A DNA stretch of 42,836 nucleotides, from the IMG/VR virus record IMGVR_UViG_3300037313_000201, positions 1 to 42,836 of that record; one strand, given 5' to 3'. This document shows positions 10,424 through 16,750 of the stretch, in pieces. Position 1 is the first letter of the stretch; every line of letters starts with the position of its first letter. The DNA is from a virus (lineage: Duplodnaviria; Caudoviricetes). The notes beneath the pieces are model-generated. The model did not search any database, was not told the origin of the DNA, and saw nothing but the letters and a program-made list of their open reading frames with translations. A program made the position numbers and the translations under genes.

Positions 10424-10720
10424 TTGGCGGGGGATAGCATGGATGCGGAAAGCCGCGTGAAGCTGGCCGAAATCGGCGGCGACATTAAGCGCATTTTCGA
10501 CTTCATTACAAGGCAGGCACAGGATCAGGCGCGCGTCGATCAGCGCTTGAACCACCATGGTGAGCGCCTTACCGCAGTCGAAGCCCATATCAACAAGAGC
10601 GCTGGCGAAGCGCAGGGCGTTGGTAAGACGGTGAAGGTTATGTGGGCCGTACTTGGCGGCTCAGGCGGCGTAATCGTGGCGGGCGTTGCCGCGATCATCG
10701 CACGGGCACAGGGGTTGTAA
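10424..10720 (+). CDS. Holin-like membrane protein (coiled coil plus C-terminal TM)
   Basis: Strong SD GGGGGAG, C-terminal hydrophobic helix, immediately upstream of the endolysin. Confidence 0.55.
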   Translation: MAGDSMDAESRVKLAEIGGDIKRIFDFITRQAQDQARVDQRLNHHGERLTAVEAHINKSAGEAQGVGKTVKVMWAVLGGSGGVIVAGVAAIIARAQGL

Positions 10721-10724
10721 ACAT

Positions 10725-11222
10725 ATGGGATGCGTTACTCGGGTACTGCCGCACAAGTTCAAGCTACCGGCGCTCGGCACGCCGCGCGTAATCACGATCC
10801 ATTGCACGGCAACGCCGGAAGGTAAGCACTTTTCGGCTGAACAGATTGTCGCCATGGACGTGCAGACGTACCACCAGCCCTCGTACCACTACGTTGTAGA
10901 ACTCGACGGCTCTATCGTGAAGTGCCTGACGCTTACCGAAAAGGGTGCGCACGTACGGAACCACAATACCAGCAATATCGGCATCGGCTATGTTGGCGGT
11001 GTGGACGTGCCCGGTAAGAAGGGCAAACCGAAGGACACGCGCACCCCGGACCAGAAGGCGGCGCTGCGCGCGTTGGTCGCGGAGTTGCGCCGGGGGTACA
11101 AAACCATTACCACCGTCAAGGGTCACAGGGATTGGTCGCCCGACCTTGACCATGACGGCGTAATCGAACCGCACGAGTGGATGAAGGTCTGCCCGTGCTT
11201 CGACGTGGCGACACAACTTTAG
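10725..11222 (+). CDS. Endolysin, N-acetylmuramoyl-L-alanine amidase (T7 lysozyme-like)
   Basis: Zn-amidase motifs HCTAT, YHY, GAH, GHRD and KVCP. Confidence 0.9.
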   Translation: MGCVTRVLPHKFKLPALGTPRVITIHCTATPEGKHFSAEQIVAMDVQTYHQPSYHYVVELDGSIVKCLTLTEKGAHVRNHNTSNIGIGYVGGVDVPGKKGKPKDTRTPDQKAALRALVAELRRGYKTITTVKGHRDWSPDLDHDGVIEPHEWMKVCPCFDVATQL

Positions 11223-11235
11223 GGGAGTACGGAAC

Positions 11236-11412
11236 ATGCAGGGTAAGTTCAAAGGGTACAAGACGTACATCGTGGCGGGCCTCGCTATTCTCGGCGCGGT
11301 CGCGGGGTACCTCGACGGCGACCTCGGCAAAGTGGCGGCGGGGCAGGCCATTCTCACGGCGGTCCTCGGGGTCACGATCCGCCACGGGATCAAGACGGAC
11401 CTCGCCTCTTAA
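11236..11412 (+). CDS. Small 2-TM holin-like protein (58 aa, not in ORF track)
   Basis: MQGKFKGYKTYIVAGLAILGAVAGYLDGDLGKVAAGQAILTAVLGVTIRHGIKTDLAS with SD AGGGGAG, directly after the endolysin. Confidence 0.7.
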   Translation: MQGKFKGYKTYIVAGLAILGAVAGYLDGDLGKVAAGQAILTAVLGVTIRHGIKTDLAS

Positions 11413-11489
11413 AATCGACGGCAGGCCGGTTTTCCGGCCCGCTCAGAAGGTCTAGGCGCTTCCGGGTGTCAGACAGCCAGAAACGAGAG

Positions 11490-11522
11490 AAGGCCCTAGG
11501 ATCGCACCCTAGGGCCTTTTTC
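11490..11522 (+). terminator. Intrinsic terminator at the convergence of the two arms
   Basis: AAGGCCCTAGG-atcgcac-CCTAGGGCCTT stem followed by a T run. Confidence 0.8.
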
Positions 11523-11792
11523 TTATACGTCGGCTTCCGATATTCCGGGTCCGCTTGGCCGGGTCCGCTTGGCCGGGGCCGCCATGGCCCGCTCCGCGTC
11601 CCGTAGTACTTTCAGTCCTGTGTCCAAGTCGGCCAGCATCGCCCTGTACTTCGTCATAGCTTGCTTGTGACGTATGTAACACCCCGGCTTATCTTCGCCC
11701 GTTTTGATCCAGCGGGCAATCTTTGCACGATCCCGGTTCACCACCTTAATGGACAGTTCAAGCCCCGGCCATGCAACACCATTGTATGCCAT
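11523..11792 (-). CDS. Hypothetical protein (MAYNGVAW...)
   Basis: ATG with SD GAAAGG. Last gene of the - arm. Confidence 0.55.
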   Translation of the reverse strand: MAYNGVAWPGLELSIKVVNRDRAKIARWIKTGEDKPGCYIRHKQAMTKYRAMLADLDTGLKVLRDAERAMAAPAKRTRPSGPGISEADV

Positions 11793-11877
11793 AGTACAGT
11801 ACCTTTCAAAGAGCCGTACCCAAACCCTGAGTACGCATGCAGTGTACCATAGGTACTGTACTACGGTCAAGTACCCC

Positions 11878-12162
11878 CTACTTCATCTGCGCGATGATTG
11901 TACTCCAACTCGCCTGTTCATCGGCTCCGTTCAGCGCGTCCACGATACAGTTCGCCGCATCCGGGTGCACCGCATCGGCGTAATGCGCGCCCTCGAAAAG
12001 CACTTGCTTGCCTAGCGCCTGAAAGCGCTTTTGCGACGGGCTGGCGGCGGGTATCCCCGGCAACCCTCGCTGCACCGGCTCTGGCGGCACTATCCCCGGC
12101 AAGACTGCTTGGCAGTCCCGGCAAGTGCATTCGTCCCCGTGATCTACGCGCGATACTTCCAT
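11878..12162 (-). CDS. Hypothetical protein with H..ECTCRDC motif
   Basis: Tightly packed in the - operon. Confidence 0.5.
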   Translation of the reverse strand: MEVSRVDHGDECTCRDCQAVLPGIVPPEPVQRGLPGIPAASPSQKRFQALGKQVLFEGAHYADAVHPDAANCIVDALNGADEQASWSTIIAQMK

Positions 12163-12449
12163 GACTTGTACTCCCCACCCTCTAGCTTGCGCCACACGTA
12201 CCACTCCAATAAGCACTGCTCGACCTCTGCATTAGACAATCCGCAGTACCCTCGCTCGCAAACACGTGTGACACACTCTGCGAGCGCAACCGATAGTTCA
12301 TTGCAATCGAAGCCGCACAGCGCCAGTGCACGGCGCAACCGCGCATTGCTGGCCTGCCACAGCAAGTCGTAATTCTTGTACGTCATATCGTGCCACAGCC
12401 TGCCGCTGTCGTACTTCTCGACGTACTCTAGGAACTCCCCGAACTTCAC
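12144..12449 (-). CDS. Hypothetical protein
   Basis: GTG start overlaps the upstream stop. Confidence 0.55.
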   Translation of the reverse strand: MKFGEFLEYVEKYDSGRLWHDMTYKNYDLLWQASNARLRRALALCGFDCNELSVALAECVTRVCERGYCGLSNAEVEQCLLEWYVWRKLEGGEYKSWKYRA

Positions 12450-12610
12450 GCCAGTAAGTCCCTTCCCGCCTCGTACAGCCGCCTACGGGCTTCCCATTGC
12501 GCTTTCAGGCCGGGGTACTTGTCTCCGTACCATTCGATCAGCTTGGCGCAGCCCTCATAATCCTCTTTCGAGGGGAAGCGCTCAAAGTATGTCGGGCAAC
12601 GTCTGTCCAT
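12446..12610 (-). CDS. Hypothetical protein (MDRRCPTYF...)
   Basis: ATG with SD GGGGA. Stop overlaps the next start. Confidence 0.5.
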   Translation of the reverse strand: MDRRCPTYFERFPSKEDYEGCAKLIEWYGDKYPGLKAQWEARRRLYEAGRDLLA

Positions 12611-12767
12611 GGCTATCCCCCGTAGGTGCATGCGCCGCGTGTAGCTTGGCGATGTACTCAGCAAACTCGACACTATTAACCAGATGCTCAGTGTTGCACT
12701 GGTCACACCAATAGCGCACAAGTACATACGGCGTTCCTTCGCCTAAGTCCTTACCGCAGCATTTCAT
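12582..12767 (-). CDS. Small Cys-rich (Zn-ribbon-like) protein ending LPDIL
   Basis: MKCCGK...WCDQC...H, with TAATG coupling to the upstream gene. Confidence 0.55.
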   Translation of the reverse strand: MKCCGKDLGEGTPYVLVRYWCDQCNTEHLVNSVEFAEYIAKLHAAHAPTGDSHGQTLPDIL

Positions 12768-12988
12768 TACCACCGTCTCCCGCATGTACTGCAATACGCC
12801 TCTACGCGTACCGGGTTAGTGTTTAGTTCGTCGCTGTACCCTACCTTCATGGGCGGGTGCACAGGCACAAAGTGGCACTCGACGCATCGGGGTTTGGGAA
12901 GGTGTTCGCCGCATAGTTGGCATTTCAGCGTATCGAACTGTACTTCTCTCAAGTGCGACTTAGGATGCTTGCACCGTCTTTCGGTCAT
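12767..12988 (-). CDS. Multi-CxxC zinc-binding protein
   Basis: CKH, CQLC, CVEC and CSTC motifs. ATGA overlap with the helicase stop. Confidence 0.6.
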   Translation of the reverse strand: MTERRCKHPKSHLREVQFDTLKCQLCGEHLPKPRCVECHFVPVHPPMKVGYSDELNTNPVRVEAYCSTCGRRW

Positions 12989-14664
12989 AGTCCTAGCCCT
13001 TCTAGTGGATTGGTACCGTACAGCCCCATACCACGTAACTGTTGGTACTGGCGTAGCGCCGACCGAAACCGGGTTTGATCGTCGCCGTTCTCGCCTAAGT
13101 TCGTGAACATGAGTTCATCGGTAGTATTCCGTGTAAGTAGAGAGTGTATCCCGACAATGTTCTTTTGCCCACTTCTCGCAAGCCTTGCGTTCGTCTGCAA
13201 GTAGCGCTCTAGGCTCCACAACATAGTGAACCATACTAGATGGTGCCCCCCAAATTGTAAGTTCAAGCCGTGCGCCGCGCTCTGAGGGTGAATTAAAAGA
13301 ATAGGTATGTAACCGCCGTTCCATTGGTCAACTATCCTTTCCGCGTTCTTCTGGCCGAAGCAAGAATACGCCATGCCTTCCTTGTCGAACCGGGCTTTCA
13401 GTCGCGCCAGATCATGCTTGAAGTAATACGGCACTAGAACGTTGGCGTTCAGCATGTCGATTAGTTCAATACACTTATCCAGCTTGGCATCGTGAAGCTG
13501 TACCCAATCCTTCTTACCGAACTCGTCTGTACGGTAGATCGCACCGTTCGCGAACTGCCAGCACATCATAGACTTAGCGCCGCCATTCTGCGCCATGATA
13601 ACGTCTTTTTGCAGTTCAAGGATCGCTTCGGCCTCTAGCATGTCGTACTGCGGCCTGAGTTCGGCGGGCATGTCCACGTAATGCTTGTGCGACGGCGGCA
13701 CGGGCGCTTGTCGGTTCTTACTGGCATCACCGATGGTCTGCGGGAGTACGCCATAATCTTCGGCGTTCAACTCCACAGTAATGTCCGCAATCAATTCGTG
13801 TATCCGCTCGGGCGCTCCGTTACGAGCCTGCCAATCGGGGCGGCTTTCCGTCTCTTCTTCATTGGCTTCGTACTTGTGTACGTGTTCCGCGACTTGCTGT
13901 GTTTTGTGGAAGAACCGGTTGCGGTACGTATCGAACTTGCGGTGCAGACGTTCGCCATGATCGATTAGGTAGAACGGCGACCACAGGTTCATCATGCTTT
14001 GCGGCGATGGAGTACCCGTCAGCACGCCGCTGCGCACGAACCTGTGAGGCGGCACCCGGAGAATGTGACCGTCTGCATCCTTACCCCACGGGCGGCCCGT
14101 AATAGGATCGCGTAAGTGCGCCTGTGTGCCGTAGTTTGAGAGGACGCGAAACCGCTGCGAACGGTTGTCCTTGAACATGCTGCTTTCGTCTATCAGCATG
14201 GCGTCAAAATGGCCCCACTCGCCGCGTAAGTACTTGTGTAGCCATTTTAACCCTTCCGGGTTAATCAGGTACACGTCTGCCGGTCTAGCGAGCGCGAACG
14301 CGCGGGCCTTTTCATCGCCCCGTACTAGGCTGAAAGTCAGGTGGCGCGTGTGCGTCCATTGCTGCGCTTCCTGCCGCCACACGGTTTCGCACACCTTGAT
14401 AGGCGCTACCAGCAACACGGGGCGCTTTGTAATGCCGTGCGCTTTCCAGTTCACTATGGCGGTAAGGCCGATGATCGTCTTACCTAGGCCCATATCAATG
14501 TGTACAGCTACGCCATTCCGGCGCTCCCATTGCACGAACTGGCCGGAAGCCATATCGCGAATAGGGTACCCTTGGTACAGCTGATACGCGGCCCTAATCT
14601 GGTACGCACGCATGTGATCGCCCGTGCGTAGCAGATCGCCGGTAATGAACTGCGGTTGTGTCAC
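12985..14664 (-). CDS. SNF2-family DEAD/H helicase
   Basis: DMGLGKT, LLVAP, IDESS, LTGTP, HGLNLQ and QTNARLARSGQ motifs. Confidence 0.92.
   Translation of the reverse strand: MTQPQFITGDLLRTGDHMRAYQIRAAYQLYQGYPIRDMASGQFVQWERRNGVAVHIDMGLGKTIIGLTAIVNWKAHGITKRPVLLVAPIKVCETVWRQEAQQWTHTRHLTFSLVRGDEKARAFALARPADVYLINPEGLKWLHKYLRGEWGHFDAMLIDESSMFKDNRSQRFRVLSNYGTQAHLRDPITGRPWGKDADGHILRVPPHRFVRSGVLTGTPSPQSMMNLWSPFYLIDHGERLHRKFDTYRNRFFHKTQQVAEHVHKYEANEEETESRPDWQARNGAPERIHELIADITVELNAEDYGVLPQTIGDASKNRQAPVPPSHKHYVDMPAELRPQYDMLEAEAILELQKDVIMAQNGGAKSMMCWQFANGAIYRTDEFGKKDWVQLHDAKLDKCIELIDMLNANVLVPYYFKHDLARLKARFDKEGMAYSCFGQKNAERIVDQWNGGYIPILLIHPQSAAHGLNLQFGGHHLVWFTMLWSLERYLQTNARLARSGQKNIVGIHSLLTRNTTDELMFTNLGENGDDQTRFRSALRQYQQLRGMGLYGTNPLEGLGL
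13115..13324 (-). CDS. Candidate overprinted 69-aa protein inside the helicase
   Basis: AAGGA about 10 nt upstream of ATG. Helicase codon usage is atypical over this interval. Sequence is protein-like. Confidence 0.35.
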   Translation of the reverse strand: MERRLHTYSFNSPSERGARLELTIWGAPSSMVHYVVEPRALLADERKACEKWAKEHCRDTLSTYTEYYR

Positions 14665-14858
14665 TTGGCGCGCTTAATCCGCCAAAAACCGAACGCCTTT
14701 TGCTGGCGCGCAACGTTCTTTGCAACGCCGCGTCCGCATACCGCGTACGAGTACCCACGATACGGCACAACAGCCATATCAACCTTGCGTATGTTACGCA
14801 CGCCCGCCATGCCCGAACTGAACCTAAAGTTGTTCGTGGTACCTTTTTGTACTAGCAT
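14661..14858 (-). CDS. Small basic hypothetical protein
   Basis: SD AGGGGG. GTGA overlap with the helicase start. Confidence 0.5.
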   Translation of the reverse strand: MLVQKGTTNNFRFSSGMAGVRNIRKVDMAVVPYRGYSYAVCGRGVAKNVARQQKAFGFWRIKRAK

Positions 14859-14871
14859 AGTCACTACCCCC

Positions 14872-15138
14872 TCAGTTTGGAATAACCAGCCCGCCCGGTG
14901 GCAGGATGATTTTCTTGTTCTGGCGCTCCACGTGTTGTTCGATTACTCGACGCATCATCATAGTAAGCAAATCGAGCGGAACCGTCACAGCAGCGCTTCC
15001 GGCAACTTCGTTACCAAGAGATACAGTAACGTTCGTGTCGAGCATTTCCTGCGGCATGTCCGCCGACAACTCGACAAACGTGGCGATGCTATCCTGTCCC
15101 TTGCTGTGCAGTACCACGCGGATGAATGATCCCGACAT
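14872..15138 (-). CDS. Hypothetical protein
   Basis: SD GGGGAG and operon packing. Confidence 0.55.
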   Translation of the reverse strand: MSGSFIRVVLHSKGQDSIATFVELSADMPQEMLDTNVTVSLGNEVAGSAAVTVPLDLLTMMMRRVIEQHVERQNKKIILPPGGLVIPN

Positions 15139-15141
15139 TGT

Positions 15142-15342
15142 TTATGCTCCCCTAGCTGGGGCCGGTCCCCACTGTTCGGTTACAACAATGTCGTGCGATA
15201 AGGTACAGTTGGAATGCGCCGGGTTGACCGTACCGCTGATACGCACCTTATGGCCTTGGTCTTTCAGGTACTCCGCAAGGTGGCGCGCGAGCACGCTCTT
15301 ACCAGCCCCACGCGGACCCTTCACGCTAATCTCTATTGACAT
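15142..15342 (-). CDS. Tiny P-loop protein
   Basis: ISVKGPRGAGKS Walker A motif in only 66 aa. Confidence 0.6.
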   Translation of the reverse strand: MSIEISVKGPRGAGKSVLARHLAEYLKDQGHKVRISGTVNPAHSNCTLSHDIVVTEQWGPAPARGA

Positions 15343-15647
15343 TACTTAATCCACTTCGTCTCTTCTAGCAGTTTATGAACTAAAGCGCTCACCTTTTCGA
15401 CGGTATCGCAATACTCCCGTACATCCAAGCCGCGAGCGCGCCAATCGTTCGCTACAGCTACTTGCAGCGGGCGCGGTTCTTCGCCGGGACGTTTGAGTTC
15501 AACGAACGTAGGCGGACGCGGGGCGTACTTCGGCCACAGGATCATTCGATCCATAGGGCCGTTGTACCCCGGCGTACGCAGCTTAAGTACTTTGAAGCCG
15601 TGACGCTCCAAGCGCTTAAGCGCGTCCTCTACTACGGCCTCTTTCAC
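15342..15647 (-). CDS. VRR-NUC domain nuclease
   Basis: E..VE...G.MDR...FVELKRPG...RPLQ. GTG start overlaps the upstream TGA. Confidence 0.85.
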   Translation of the reverse strand: MKEAVVEDALKRLERHGFKVLKLRTPGYNGPMDRMILWPKYAPRPPTFVELKRPGEEPRPLQVAVANDWRARGLDVREYCDTVEKVSALVHKLLEETKWIK

Positions 15648-16045
15648 CGCCCCGCCAGTTCGAGAGTGTACCCCCACGCACGGCACAGCGCGCCGCAGTA
15701 GGCGATTTCGGGCGTAGCGCCGAACGCGAACTTTTCCATCTTCAAGCCGCCGTCGCGCCACAGGGCAAAACCGGCAGTGCATTTCAGATCGCTTGTCGTG
15801 TTAGGTAGTTCCTGCATGTACAAGAACCACTCGGGGCCGGGGTGGTACACCTTCGCCTTATCGTAGTACAGCGACGTTGTAACCACCATGCCGGGGTACG
15901 GATTGCTGCGGCCAAGGAACGTTTGCATTGGTTCCAAAAGCGCGCGCTGCATCCTGCCGTCAAGGTGAATGTCGGACGCCGTAAGGGCTTCGTACTCGGC
16001 AGCAAGACCGTACAGGATACCAGACGTTGTAGGAACTGACACCAT
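15644..16045 (-). CDS. Hypothetical phage protein
   Basis: SD GGAG. C-terminal ATPEIAYCGALCRA pattern. Confidence 0.55.
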   Translation of the reverse strand: MVSVPTTSGILYGLAAEYEALTASDIHLDGRMQRALLEPMQTFLGRSNPYPGMVVTTSLYYDKAKVYHPGPEWFLYMQELPNTTSDLKCTAGFALWRDGGLKMEKFAFGATPEIAYCGALCRAWGYTLELAGR

Positions 16046-16047
16046 GA

Positions 16048-16245
16048 TTAGAACTCCAAGCTGTTATCTAGGCGCGACCGGCGCGTTACGTGGATCGCGT
16101 ACAACGGTCTGAACGTCTCGTTGCCGGGATGCTGCGAATAGCGATGCACGCCCGGTTCGCGTTCGTACACGTACCATTTCTGTGTCGCGTACGGTAAGCG
16201 TATAGTTGCCTGCCAGCGAAAGCCGGTTTCTGTCATTGAACACAT
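16048..16245 (-). CDS. Hypothetical protein
   Basis: TAATG coupling. Confidence 0.5.
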   Translation of the reverse strand: MCSMTETGFRWQATIRLPYATQKWYVYEREPGVHRYSQHPGNETFRPLYAIHVTRRSRLDNSLEF

Positions 16246-16727
16246 TACAACCGCCCCCTTTCGATGATGTACGGAGCGCCGCCACCAGCGCGGGTGAATA
16301 TCTCATACGAACAGCCCTTGCAGCCCATGGCGTGCATTCCTAGCTGTTGGCGGGCGTCGATTTTTAGCTTCATGCGGTCGCCCTCTAACGCGTTCGCCCA
16401 TGTGTCCTTGTGTATCTCGGCTTTCAGTTGCACCGTGATATTGATAGGGTTGAACGTGTCCTGTTCGACCGGGTAGGATCGCGCGACGTACGGGATGGTT
16501 TTGTCGCCCGATGGAAACACAGGGTCCGGTACCAACCTGAGTACCACGAACACGGCTCCCATGGGCTTAGCCTTTTTCGCCCACGTTTCGAAGCAATGTT
16601 CCTGCCCGGCCTTATCGTACCGGTTCCACAAGTCCTCATCGTATTCGACAAGGTAGCAGGGTTGGCCCGCATGGTTCTCCACGATCCGTGGCGAACTCGC
16701 CACAGGCCGCGATGTTTCGGCATTCAT
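16245..16727 (-). CDS. Hypothetical protein
   Basis: SD AGGG, 160 aa, directly downstream of the polymerase. Confidence 0.6.
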   Translation of the reverse strand: MNAETSRPVASSPRIVENHAGQPCYLVEYDEDLWNRYDKAGQEHCFETWAKKAKPMGAVFVVLRLVPDPVFPSGDKTIPYVARSYPVEQDTFNPINITVQLKAEIHKDTWANALEGDRMKLKIDARQQLGMHAMGCKGCSYEIFTRAGGGAPYIIERGRL

Positions 16728-16750
16728 TGTACATTTCCCTTCCCTAGCAG

